Of a stretch of 64,000 bases of DNA, positions 1 through 12,752 are shown piece by piece. The DNA is taken from contig OZ076409.1 in assembly GCA_964187785.1 (NCBI GenBank), positions 7,504,001-7,568,000 on the forward strand, given 5' to 3'. The notes beneath the pieces are model-generated. The model was not told where the DNA came from and searched no databases. It saw nothing but the letters and a program-made list of their open reading frames with translations. This stretch comes from Amphiscolops sp. MND2022. Lineage: Eukaryota. Position 1 is the first letter of the stretch. Every line of letters begins with the position of its first letter. The translations under genes were made by a program, and so were the position numbers.

Positions 1-25
1 CAGAGCACTAGTTGAAAACTGGCAA

Positions 26-3000
26 ATGAATGATGGCACCAACCATCCAGTGTTCCCAAACCCATTGGGGACCGAGACCCATGAAGACGTTGCTCAACCC
101 ATACCACAATCACTAGTAGACGAGAAGCAATTCCAGAATGTCTTAATCACCAGGGACGGTGAACCAGACTGTGTACCATTGTCAACCAACATCAATCTCA
201 ATTGCAAAAAACGCATGTTGTACTTCCCCATGGACTTTGGGGAGTTGACCATAGACGGACTTATCGACACTGGAGCGCTGTCCAGTGCAATTCCTGAGAT
301 GGACCTCCGGAAAATTCGACTCCTATCTCCACAATCTGTTATCCGAGAAAGTCCGCCTCCAAATTTCCAAATCATGGTTGCTAATGGGCAATTGGAAACT
401 CCTAAGAGTATCATAGAGCTCAAATTTGAAGTTGGTGACATTGAGTTTCATGAGATTTTTATAGTCATGGAACACCTGACAGGTCCGATTATCGGCCTAA
501 TGTTCCTTCAACGAAACCATACAGTTCTGGACATGAGACAAGGAATACTGAATTTCCCGTTCTTCTCAATGCAGCTCAAAACAGCTGACCATAAATACTC
601 AAATGTATTAGAACCAATTCTCAGTCCCATTGAGATAACAATTCCGCCACATGATAGAGTCCTAATTAGGACCAATTCCCTACTGTACCCTGAGAATGCT
701 GTCACTGGAATTTTGCAACCGAGCGACCTTCTACATGAAGAAGGCGACATCACATTTTGCCCAGCTTTGGTCACTCTGAATGATGGCAACATATTGATAC
801 CAGTGAACAACTTCACAGACCACCCCTATAAACTCAAAAAGGGACTTCATATTGCCAATTTCTCTGTTATGACGCCAGAACAAGTGAAGTATGTCAAACC
901 GGTAGACCCGGCATCAACCTGGCATCTTTTACAAAATGACCAAGAGCAGGCAGCCCACTATGTCAGCAGTCTCATCAAAACTAATAGAAATCCACAAAAC
1001 TCCGAAAAATACTGGTTCCCGACTCCAGAAAATCCTGGAAATCCTGAGGAACATACGCCCATACAAAAACGAATCCTCCAAGAATTACAGGCTTTACAGG
1101 TCCTGGAGACACTTGACCCTACTAAAGATGACGAATCACGTGCAAAATTCCTAGAAAACTTTGACTGGAAGGATTCCACCCTTACTCCTGAAGAGAAGGA
1201 GAAAATTGAGGAAGTGTTAGTGGAATTCCATGACATCTTTGCACGACACCGATTTGATATAGGCATGAACGAGGATTTCAAGGTGAAACTGACGCCTAAG
1301 GACGATTCCCCAGCCTATAGTCAAAACCTCCCAGCTCCTATCAATTTGAAGGAGGACATCCTAGTCGAATTAGCCATGTTACACAAATATGGCATAATAA
1401 CTACACTGCCATTTTCGAAATACGCAAGTCCAATATTCGCACAAAAGAAACCGAATGGGAAACTCCGACTCTTGGTTGACTTGAGAAAAATCAACAACCT
1501 CATCTCGGATGATTACATCAACAATAATCACCCCGTCAGCACACTAGTTGATGCTGCCCAACACTTAGCAGGCAAAAAACTGTTCTGTAAATTAGACTGT
1601 TCGCAGGCATACCACTGCCTACCAATGGCCGACCAACGCTCAATCGAAATGTTAGCTTTCAATTTTGCCAGTCGCACATTCGCCTACAGACGTTTGGCAC
1701 AAGGCCTTAGGCGGTCACTATCCGCATTCTCAAGTTTCATGAGGGAATACCCCGACAAAGTCATCAAAGCGGATCAGTGTGCCCAGTATGTGGACGATAT
1801 CGGCATCGCAGCCACTGATGTTGACCACCTCATGACGAACCTGAGAGCTACATTCAAATGCATTCAGGAAGCAGGCCTTAAGTTAACAATGCACAAATGT
1901 CATTTCGGTGCAAAAGAAATCGATTTTCTCGGACGGACTATTACCCCACAAGGCGTCAAACCCCAGAAACAGAATGTGCAAAATTTTCTGGAAAAAGACC
2001 AAATTACCGAAGTCGAAAAAGGCTTTACAGCGCTACTTGGGATTCCTAAACTATTACAGGAATTATGTCCCAAGACTCTCCGAACGCCTTGCCCCATTCT
2101 ACAAGATGCTCAAAAGCGACGAAAAGGTCCTAGTATCGAAAGAATTAGTCCAACAATTCGAAGAAATCAATAGAGCACTAGACAAATGTTGCGACCTGGC
2201 CCTACAACAACCCATCCCGAACAAACAAATAGCACTAATGACGGACGCAAGTTTCGGTGCAGCTGGATACGCAGTACTAATAGAAGACGATCCGAACCAG
2301 AAATTTACTTCTCTTCGAAAATCCTATGCACCGGTGGCATATGGTTCAAAAACCTTCACCCCAGCTCAAATCAAGATGTCAATATATGCCAAGGAGTTTT
2401 TGGCAATTTACTTTGCATTCAAAGAATTTGGGCATATATTCTGGGGTGCGCCGAAACCGGTCATCATCCTTACAGACAACAAAGCTGTTACGAGATTTTT
2501 CCAAACAAAAATAATACCCCCAGCCCTGTGGAATGCGTGTGATTATGTGATTCAGTTTAATTTTGTCATAGCGCATATCCCGGGGGCACAAAATACAGCC
2601 GCAGATTATCTGTCCCGATTGGAGGCAGACCCGAAGGACAAATTGGTCATGAAAATTCGGGAAGATGTGCAAAGCTTACCAATAGAAATCAATGTCCAAT
2701 CCTCAGGAGTATCCCAAGAGGAACAAATATTCTACACAAACGATGACGATGAGACAGAGGAACAGTACTGGGCAAGAAAAGAAACAATCAGGACAAATCC
2801 AGTGATCGAAGAGCCCACTGTCACAATACAAACTCTGTCTACAAATCTGGTAAAACAACAACCAGATATCCAAGTCCGTCTAAGGAAAACGAACCAGATC
2901 ATTATCGAGCAGTCCAAAGATGCAGTATTGCAGCAGCTGAAGGCAAAGCTCCTTCATGAAGATTACTCAGAGAACATACTGCACCAGGACGTCCGATACA

Positions 3001-4778
3001 GACATTATGCAAACAATATGGAACGAATTGCCCTAAAAGACGAAATCCTGACAAGGCAATATTTTGATGAGACAGGGAATGTGAAATACCATCAGATTTT
3101 ACTCCCGCAACACTTACTCCGGGAATTGCTTCAATCCCTTCACGGGACAGCGCATAAACACCCCGGAATTTCAAAAAAGCTGCAGGAAATCAGACAGAGA
3201 TATTACTACCCTAGCATGGCTAAACACGTCAAAAAGTGGGTAGAAGGGTGTGAACAATGTGCCAGAGACAAGAGAGTCCCTAATGCAACGATCACACCTG
3301 AACTGCTCAATTTGCCCGAATGGGACCTTGGACCTGAAGACGCCATGCAGATTGACTTACTGCCGAATCTTCCCCCAAGTGGAGGATACGAAAACGTCCT
3401 TACGGCAATCGATGTATTTTCTAGATATTTGTTTGCTTACCCTCTTACGGACGCATCAGCGATCAATGTAGCAAAAGCGCTCATTGATATCATGACAAAA
3501 CATGCGTACTTGCCAACAACGCTTATCACTGATAAAGGTACCGCATTTACTTCCACAATTTTCGCGGAGGTTACGCAAATTTTGGGAATTACACTCAAAT
3601 GTGCGACGACGAAACACCCGCAAACAATTGGGAAATTGGAGCGGACCCATGCCTCATTAAAGACAAATCTCAAAATGGCATGTGGGGAATACCGCCGACA
3701 ATGGCATAAATACTTGCCATTAGCAGTACTGAATCATAATACAAGTTACCATGCCAGCATCGGCTGTGAACCAACGAGAGTATTCCATGGCCGAATTCCC
3801 TACAATATCCTGGATCATAAGCTTGGAAATAATCCAAACGAAAAGTTCAGTCCTACAACCGAATTTGCTGAAGAAATCCAGAACAGGACGAAAACCCTAA
3901 TAGACAAAACGAAGCAAAATATTATGCAGTCATATATCAAATACAAGGAATATTATGACCGCAAAGCGAAAGCTGCTCCATTGAAGGAGAATGAATTCTG
4001 TTTTCTCTTACAGCCGAAAGCGGATCATCAAGGATCGAAAATCCCATTCCGCGATTATCGTTGGGTTGGTCCATTCATAGTGCAAAAAGTCTTACCAAAT
4101 GAGAATTACATTGTACGACGGCTTAATACAAACAAAACTCAAATATTGCATCGAATTCGCCTTAAAAAATTTGTCCCCAATCAACCGCTTGAGGACAATT
4201 TCCGAGAGCAACGCTTGCAGCCAGAGGAAGAAATTGTTATTCCGCAGGATGACTTATACATCATAACGTGGGAAACCGACTTTGGCGAGCAGCTAACTAC
4301 ACGAGACAACGAAGCTATTCCGACTAGCTTACCGAATGGCGAACAGCCGAGTACGGCACAAATTAACAATGACGCAAACGAGAGTGACGCGGATTATATA
4401 ATCACGCGAGAAACGAATAAAGACAATACGGCACACAGCCGGAATGACCGCTTAAGTGACAACGTCACAACGAGAAATGAAGATAATGATGCAAATAGAA
4501 ATAAAGCATCTGATTGGCCGAATCCGGCCGCTAGCCCAAACACTCAAGAAAAATTTTTACCGAGTACAGCAAATGCACCGGAAAATCATGAAATTTTGTC
4601 AGAAAGAAATTCGCTGAATGAAAACGATGCACAAAATTCTCCAAATAGGGGGGATGATATTATCGTGCCCGAAATATCTGAAAACGATGCTAGAAATGAA
4701 AGCCTGAGCCCTAGAGGAGGAAAATATAACCTCAGGCCTAACCCCAACCCGAACTACTCAGAAGACTATAGATACTAG
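26..4778 (+). pseudogene. pol: Gypsy pol polyprotein (aspartic protease, RT, RNase H, integrase) split by a 1-bp frameshift at ~1992-1996
   Basis: ORFs 26..2173 and 1908..4778. Motifs: LIDTGA (protease), LRLLVDLRKIN and YVDD (RT), MTDAS/ILTDNK (RNase H), H..H..CEQC zinc finger, QIDLL/TDKG/LER (DDE integrase), WVGPF. Removing one A from gaaaaagacc restores NFLEKTKLPKSKK. The frame likely extends upstream of the window. Confidence 0.92.
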
Positions 4779-5008
4779 AGAAAATTAAATTCGATTCAGG
4801 AAACTAGCCCTGAATTTTATTGCCTTTTTTTCTCTTTTTATTTTTTATCTTTTAGTCCCAAGGTGAATCTTTTGAATAAATAATTGGGACAGCCAACAAA
4901 ACCCCTTCAGAAGAATAAATACGGGGCAAAGAAAAAACAGAAATGAAAATTCAAAAAAAGAAATAAACAAAGTTTACAGTTTGAGAGTACATATATACAT
5001 ATGTACAT

Positions 5009-8000
5009 TTAGTTTTTAGAACTGCTAGCTGAAGATTCGTCGGCAATAGACGAAGCCCTAGAACGCGAAATGGCCCTCTCCATTCGTCTTCGCTTGCTAT
5101 CACTGGGAAGTTTTACTGCAGAGGCATCAGGGATAGATGTGGTATCTGCTATAGTGGGGCTACGAAATTGAAACTCTGACCCAGAAAGGATAGAACGGTA
5201 AGAAGTGACAAGGGTCTTGTAAATAGCAGTCCGGCCGAAACCGTCTACAAAAGGCCAGGGGTCATAATCGGCGGCGAAAGCGGATTGCCCGAAAGAAGAA
5301 GACAGCTGCTGGAACTTCTCAAGTTGAGGCTCAGTGCAGCAGACTAGCAGGGAATCAGGATCTGAAGTCAAATAACTTTGGCAGGGTAAGATCACGTCTA
5401 CCAAACGGGACTGAAGCCCTGTTGTATCGATTCTCCCAAAGGAAACTGGGGGATATTCAGGACTGATAGTAGTTATGCAAAGACAGCTTAACTTAAACAA
5501 ATAGCAAAGATGATCATGGGACTGAAGGAATTCCAAATTCATGAAGAAATCGATGAGATCAGGGGGATCCTTGGCTGAACTAAATTCAGCGGAGTGATTG
5601 TTCCGGAGGTGGTCCAATAGGGCAACATACTCGTCTCGGCAAGCTGACTCGTTGAATTCCGAGACCCAGAAACGCAGCTGGAATGTGGAGTACAGGCAAT
5701 CAAAATGGCGCAAAGCAACATCCACTGGTCGTTTGAATAGGATGTATGGGTCGAACGCTGCCAACCCTTTGATAAGTTCGGAACTAAGTTCAGTATGTTG
5801 GAGAACCTCCGACAACAGGAACTTGATATAACTCCTGGCGCTTGCTGCGAAATCCAATTTGGCCTGGTCAGCAGTCTTAATAATCGCTGCTTTACTGGAC
5901 TTCTTGTTGAAGTGGAGTCCAGCTGCTTTCAAGTTGCTTGCTGTAGTAACTTTGCCAGCGATCTTGAGTCGCACCAGAAAGTCCTCGTCTCCCATGAATG
6001 TACCCTGGTTGAGCTGGAAATTCATCAATAAGAACCAGGCGTTCTCTAGTGGCACTGTATCCGGCTGGAAGATGCGGAAGCAAAGGCGGTTGATGTATTT
6101 GCACACTTCGCCACAGAGGAAGAAGGAGGCATCACGTCTCTGACTCAAATTGGTGACGAAGCTGGTGACATCTGAAATTCACAAATCAATGGTCCTTAAA
6201 AGGACAACAGACCAAAGGGATCTTAGTAGATTGAGAATACTCACAATCGCTGACCAAACGTTGAAAAAGCTCCAATTTGGCAGCAAAGAAGTTGTCCATG
6301 ATGAGGGACCATTCGAAGCTCTGGACCTAGGAAAGAAGCAGTGTGAACACTTTGAGACTTACCCATCAACGATAATGCAAGGAAAGCAATTACTACGATT
6401 CCTTATGTAAAGAAGATGCCACTTGAAGTTCATAACCTTATTGTGCACTCCTTGATTCTCTCGGCGAGATGAATGGTCTGTAAGATAGCGGAGGATTGTT
6501 TTCCACTTCTTCGACAAGGTTCGGCAGAGTTCAGGAATTTTCTCCACTTCTAGTCTGCAGGTCGTGATTGCCTAAACAAAGTAATCCTCAGGATTGGAAT
6601 TTCAACTGAAGTTGCTTACCACCCCCTACCAGTGTAATGTGAATCAAATGCACAAACTAGACTCACTCGGACAAGTTCAGGTGACTCTGAAACCCAGTCT
6701 TCAGATAGGCATCCTCCGAGTGAGACTAAGAGACTTTGGAGAACGGAAAACATGTTTATGTGCCCAAACACACTGTAGTTCCCCTTGTGCATCAAGGTAC
6801 GCAAGTTGAGCAGTTCGAAGCGGAAGCAACTTTGAACCCCTCGCGGATAGGCTGTGTGATGGTCCACCGTCCTGATCAGGTCGACAGCGCAACCTGAGAT
6901 CGCAACTATGTCAGGAGCAGTCGATACGACGGATAACAGTCGAGATAGGGAGCCCAGTTCCTCGGTGAGTCCAGCGCCGGTGAGGCCACTTCTGCAAATG
7001 AATAGGCGGCAGAGTTTCGCTCCTTTCCAGAACCGCAGGGACATAAAGCGATTAGCCCCTCTCTTCTCAAACTCAACTCCGAAATGCTGGGAGGCGCAGA
7101 CCTGTTCAGCTATGTCCTCCATCAGGCAATTGAAGACGTGTTGGAAGATGGCCTGAAACGGAACAAAATTGGATGAATAACATGACGTCACTTTCCTGAC
7201 CCTTCCCTACCACCTAGTTCAACTTTTCGGAAAACAACTGAGAGATCTTACCATGATGTGGTCCTCATTCCAATTGAAGTCCTGGAAAGCTGACTGAAAC
7301 TCAGTGTAACTTCCAACTCTCGCCCACAGTTTTCGAAGCAGTGCCAAATCTCCAGAACTTTGTATGAAGTCTCCCAAAAGACATACCTGTGTTCGTAACC
7401 GGGACTGTGAAGTGATGGGAGCGGAAGTGTGGCCTTGCAGATAATCCTCGTAGAATGGATTTCTTTCTCCAACGTCAACGAGCTCCGTGTGTATGAACCT
7501 GGGTAACTCATCAGCGAGTTCCTTCTTACTAAGAATTTTGCCATTCTTCCCCCTGACGCGATGCTGAACTTTCCCAGTCACAAGATCCACTGTTTTGAGG
7601 TGTTCATACCTCCACCTCTGGTCTCGGCGTAAATGTTTTTCGGTCCTGTGATGGCTCAGGATTTCAACGGTGCCCTTGGTTTTTATACTAAAATTCTTTT
7701 TACACATGTGGCACCATACCATGTGTGGATTGTGGAGGGGATCAGAGGGCCCAGAGATAAAAGATCTCGTCCACCCGATTTTGGAAAGAAACTCCTCCCT
7801 CATGGGTACGCCTCGCCTGGAAACCTTTTTCACTTTGGCTGATTTAGCAGTTGTGGTACTTTTTCGGGGCCTCTGGGTAAGCGTCCTATTCTGGATCTCA
7901 AAGAGGGTAATGTCGAGGCTACCCTTTTCACCTGTCTCAGCTCCCTCCTCAGAAGAATCTTGTAGCTGCGCTGGCTGGGGCGTTTGAGGAGAACCCATGG

Positions 8001-9279
8001 GATCTGTAATTCCGAGAGTCTGGTTGATGAGAGCCATTTCAGTAGAACCGTCACTCTCGTTGGGATCAAGGAAATCACTGACGTTCTGGAGCAGACTCAT
8101 GTCAGTTTGTGACTCATATCCTGACCCGAATTCAGTCAAAGTTCCTTCAGAACCGGATCTAGCAGGTAAATTGGGACCAGGAGTGGACGAGCGGGCCCGG
8201 ATCTGAAACTTTTCTGTCCTCGAGGGGGCTGTTGCGGGTGTTCCTCTGACAGCTCCAATTACCATCCTTTCCATGGTCGAACAAGTCATGTTGATGGCCT
8301 CATCGGTTAAAACCCGGAGCAAGTGGTAAACTTGTGGCTCAGTAAATGCGACGACTCTTTGTCCGACCGGAAAGGTGTAAGGGTCCTCGGTCTCGAAGTA
8401 CTGCTTCAAGGTGGCTCGACTTCGCCCTGACAAATCTCGCAAGGTGTCGTTTTGACCTGATTGGCCAGATCTAGATGTGCCAGGTTGGCCCGGATCGTGA
8501 ACTTCTGAGCCTGATTCACCTCCAGTTTCTGATTGCTGTGTAGAGTCAAAAGGGTTCATAGCATATAATGGGGGGCACTCAGCTTGACTGATGTTTTCTG
8601 ATGTTTGATTGGCATCACTGAACTCACAAATATCTTCAACTTGGTCTTTCCTCCCAGGAAGTGGAGGAGGTTCTATGATAGAAGAGGAGGCATCCCCTTC
8701 AGACTGTAAGAATGGGACTTCAGACATCTCTTGTGTCTGATCTTGGAGGACTTGCAACTCGGGAAACCCTGTGCTCATCTTCGGCGCCTCTGAAAGCGAG
8801 GATTCAAGTTGGGTGAGACTATCTACTGAAGTCCCTGGCTGATTTGGTGGATTAGGTGTGCCAGATCGTACAAATTCAGCACCCTGGACTGCAATTTGGA
8901 CTAATTGGCCTTGGGCCGTAATAGGACCCTCTTCAACGTTACTAGCAGAATCGGCTTCAGTAAGTCCTTGTATGGTCTCCATCCTCTGAGACTCCTGATC
9001 TGCATAGGCGGTGACATCGGCATTGCTCTCATTGTGGAAGGAAGAGTCTACAGTCATATGCTCGGTTTGTCCACGGGCAGCCCTGATTGGAGGGAAAGGA
9101 GGCGGTGAAGGATTAACTCCAGGAACATATCCAGACGTGAAAATGGGGACTGGGCGTTGAATAGCCCCGGCAGAATTGTCAGTTGTGTTGGTGGTTTGAA
9201 CTTGAGGTTCATCAGGATTCTGGTTATCTAAACAGAAAGAGATGAAATTTGGCGGTAAGCTTCCTTGAAAGAAATCCAT
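5009..9279 (-). CDS. Spliced antisense accessory gene: BED-type zinc finger plus degenerate hAT-transposase-like protein, ~1297 aa; exons 9279-7252, 7152-6667, 6571-6437, 6326-6245, 6171-5009
   Basis: Four GT-AG introns (7251-7153 GTAAGA..TTTCAG; 6666-6572 GTGAGT..TTTAG; 6436-6327 GTTATG..CCTAG; 6244-6172 GTGAGT..TTTCAG) join the 686, 191, 62 and 379 aa ORFs in frame without stops. WCHMCKK...SHHRTEKH finger at 7633-7716. The third donor is weaker and the true start may lie in a further upstream exon. Confidence 0.75.
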
Positions 9280-10347
9280 TACGCCGCATTAGAAAACTTC
9301 CGGAAGTGTTTTGAAAATTTGAATGAAACGGTTTATCACGTTAGTGGATACATTAGTGGATACAGGAAGCGTTTTGTGAACAAATTCGACCTTGATCAAG
9401 TTGAACTAGTTCAAAATAGGAGAAAATCAAACCAACCTGTATTAGAAGAGATTCTGTTGAAACGGCCCACTTGGATACAGTTCCGATTCGGACGTTGTTG
9501 AAAAGGGGGAATTAGAAGTGCTCGGGGATGAAGCAAGGGGAAAGAATCTGCGATGAAGCAGGACGTGGTCCGATGCATGCACCGAGACGAAGTTGACGAT
9601 GAAGATGAAGATGAAGATTAAATTACAAATGAAAGGATAAATGGAACAATAATTGGAATTAAATCAGGAATTGAATGAGTAAAAGAATTACTAAAAGTTG
9701 GAGTTCGTGGCTGAAGATTATTACCGGACTAATATTATGGGATTATCTACATATTTATTCTGTACATGGAGTCTGCCAGCGAAGTGTACAAAAAACTTTG
9801 TTATTTACAGCTTACTTAGTTAGTGGCCTATTCCGGCCGTTTGACCAGTTGCACTTTATCGTTTCGTTCAGTTATCTTAGTTATTCTTAGTTAAAAAATC
9901 CGCCATTTTGAAATATTTTGATTTAATATTTTCGCCATTTTATATTTTAATTTTTCAATTTATCAGAGCTTAACTCTGATTGGCTGAAGCCATGTTGGAA
10001 GTATTTAGCGACGCGTGCTGTTAATTGTTCTGAAGCAAGCCGTTAATTACCTACTAGAGGTGAAGATATTTGATATCAACAACTTAAGTGCTGCTTACAC
10101 CTACTTTGATGATGGCTTGGATGAAGGACAAACATCAAACTAATCGGAGCCGCCAACCCCGTTTAGGAATTCCATTCAGAAAAGTTTACGATGAATCGGG
10201 GCAATCAACCTAAGATTCTCCCGCTAAATTGGAAACTTCGGGAAAAGTCCTAACTCGGAATTTGGGGAGGTGATAAGCTCATTCTGATTTCAAACCCGCT
10301 CACGACAAGTTGACTAGAAAACCTTCAAAATTGCAAAAAAACCGATA

Positions 10348-11118
10348 ATGGAGAAATTCAACAAAGCGAGAAAGCTCTTTGGTTCTCTTGATTTTAGCTC
10401 GGACTCATCAAATAACTCTGTAATCTATATCAGTAGCGACAAGGAAACATCCGAAGGATGGGACTCAGATTGGTCAACGGACACAGAGGAGCTGGTGAGG
10501 AGAGTTGAAACTCAAGTCCAAGCCCGGCCAATACCCATAGCAGGAAGAAAACTAACTACGGCAAGTGATGAGCCTGGCCCCAGTACTGTGTCGCCCAACA
10601 TGCAGACCACGCCAAAGCTAGACAAGAAATACTTTGATGAGAAACTTTGCTATGCTCCAACTAGAGGCAACACAAAAAGGAGGATAGAACTGTGCAAGAC
10701 GATTCTGCCAGTTCTAGAGTCTCCACTATCTCCCCCTGCCCATGAGAGGGGGCCGTCAATGGACACGCCGCTATTACAGCCTGAAAACAGTGGATTTCAC
10801 GCCTCTTTCCATATTCAGAACGGGCTTCCTTACACGGACATCAGTACCCAGAGGTGTACGAGTTGCATGGTCTGTGGAAAGTCAGTAGACGAAATAAAGG
10901 CAATAAAAGTGACTCGCTATATGGAAGCTTCAACGCCTAGAAGCGAACCGGCGTACAAAACAGCTCTCAGAAAGGAGGCTTACATCAACGGCCTCAATGC
11001 TGGCAGTCTTCTTTTCATCGCACCCGCTGTGTCGCAGGCTGCCGCCTGTGACGGAACTAGAATTTCAACAACAGCTGTTGGCCAAGATGTGGCTCCTGGG
11101 ACCCTGCCCATTTATTAA
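10348..11118 (+). CDS. Hypothetical 256-aa protein in the 3' region of the Gypsy element
   Basis: Clean ATG-started ORF in AT-rich surroundings, Ser/acidic N-terminus and a CTSCMVC Cys cluster; no recognisable family. Confidence 0.5.
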   Translation: MEKFNKARKLFGSLDFSSDSSNNSVIYISSDKETSEGWDSDWSTDTEELVRRVETQVQARPIPIAGRKLTTASDEPGPSTVSPNMQTTPKLDKKYFDEKLCYAPTRGNTKRRIELCKTILPVLESPLSPPAHERGPSMDTPLLQPENSGFHASFHIQNGLPYTDISTQRCTSCMVCGKSVDEIKAIKVTRYMEASTPRSEPAYKTALRKEAYINGLNAGSLLFIAPAVSQAAACDGTRISTTAVGQDVAPGTLPIY

Positions 11119-12028
11119 AAGTAAACTGAAACTTTTCTTTAAACTTTTTCATTGTTTATGTATCTTGTTGCCTTGTTATTTTAAAAACTACCCGAAAGGG
11201 CCGTACTGGGACATATTCCCTATTACCGAACCAAAAATGTGCTTGTTATTTATTTACAGACAACCTTAATTTTGAATGTTAATTGTATATTAGTCCGTTA
11301 ACATAGATTGTGTTGTGCTGTTGTTTTGTAAATGCAATGAAGTATTAATCGGAGATAATAGCAATCAACTTAGAGAAAGTACGGAAACGTGTTCAAATGG
11401 TCCTCTGTACTTTCTTGCTAGCGTCACTTGCGCTCACTCTATTAGCCAATCAGATGCCTTCATTTTGTACGCTTTATTCTCTTTTGCCGATTATGGCCTT
11501 TGTATAATCTGGACGAGTGTGCTACTAATGCCGTTCAGGCAGACGGTCTAATCCGGCTATTTAGTCTACAATGAACATAGCACTTGTATTTAATGCTAAT
11601 TCCATGTAGTAATATTTATTTAGTAGTAGGCTTTGTTGATCATGAAGTACCAATTTGAAGTGCTATTTAATGCTTTGTTGTGTTATTAACAAATAATTGC
11701 CCGATTTTGCTCTAGTATAACCCTGTTGCATGAAATTTGATGTTATTGCCTTAACAGGCCTTTTGCCATTGTACTCATGAAAGGTATTTAGACTAAACAT
11801 ATTTGTTGTGCTGCCATGTGCTAAAGTATGTGCACTTACATCAACAAATACCTGTTCAATGAAAATATTTTGCCAAATATGTAAACGATGCTAGCGGTTG
11901 AATGATTGTTCCTTTGATGTATAATATTTGGAATGGATAGCGTTCATCCCGTGACCATCAGAAATGCAGTCATATGATATTGTCTTAGTCAAAGAATGTA
12001 AAGAATGAGAGTGTCACTCTTTCGGGGG

Positions 12029-12034
12029 TATAAA
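12029..12034 (+). promoter_or_regulatory. Candidate TATA box of the Gypsy LTR promoter
   Basis: ggggTATAAAga lies ~135 bp upstream of the ATG at 12167, inside the inferred 3' LTR. Confidence 0.4.
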
Positions 12035-12166
12035 GACCCGTGCCTTTGGGAGAGGAGACACTTCTTAATTTGCTCTCTTCTGGAAAGACTATCATATTAG
12101 TACAAACGGTTTCACTGTTATTTTCGAGATATAATCTAATTCAATTTTATACTCGAAGTTTTCCTT

Positions 12167-12752
12167 ATGCCTACTACAAGAAAACAAAAGAAAGCTAGAA
12201 AGTCCAGAGGACTAGAGATCCTTTCTGATATCGAAAATCTAGATATAATGTTAGGAGGCGATCGTTACAATGGAACTGAAAGAGAAAGGAGTTTAGACAG
12301 TAACTCCGTTAGAAGGAGAGAAAGTATCATGAGTAATAACTTAGACAACGAGGGCGAAAGCCTGTTTTCAAATTGTAGAAATGATGAACCTAGGACAAGT
12401 GCCGATCTTGGTCAAAACTCAGCTGAAGCAAACTCACTAGCTGAGATAAACAGGTTGTCAAGCGAATTAAACTCTAGGATATCCCGTGAGATGGATGAAA
12501 TGATGAATAATGTTGGTACACAGATCCAGAGGGCCATCAATGAGGCTATTAGCAGTCAAGTATTGCCTCAAATACAGAATGTCATAATGGCCGGATCAGG
12601 TCGAGAGACCAGAAGGGGATGGGAAGTCCCAGTTGAGAGATCGGAAGCAAATGCCGAGGAACAGCGGATTCAAAACACCAAGGCCGACTGTAGAAATGAA
12701 CAACATGATGGCTACCGATCAGGTGGACCATCTACCCGTCATGTTCATGACA
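12167..12752 (+). CDS. Probable gag/ORF1 N-terminus beginning within the 3' LTR, truncated at the element end
   Basis: Basic N-terminus MPTTRKQKKARK and a coiled-coil-like segment EINRLSSELNSRISREMDEMM. The frame runs off the element boundary into host repeat DNA. Confidence 0.5.

Larger units (their letters stand above)
1..12752 (+). mobile_element. Large Ty3/Gypsy LTR retrotransposon (5' part outside the window) carrying accessory genes
   Basis: Pol domain order is PR-RT-RH-IN. The sequence switches abruptly at ...TCATGACA (12752) into a dispersed host repeat (catacattaccgggcgagac), consistent with an LTR 3' end. The right boundary is inferred because the 5' LTR is not visible. Confidence 0.75.

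Noticed and set aside
1990..2000. Programmed frameshift within the first Gypsy pol
   Set aside because: It falls inside RT just after the catalytic core and is explained by one extra A in a homopolymer, so it is a mutation or sequencing error.
6327..6362. Alternative intron using the strong GTAAGT donor at 6362
   Set aside because: It gives a 36-nt intron and a phase incompatible with the downstream exon junction; the 6436 donor keeps the frame.
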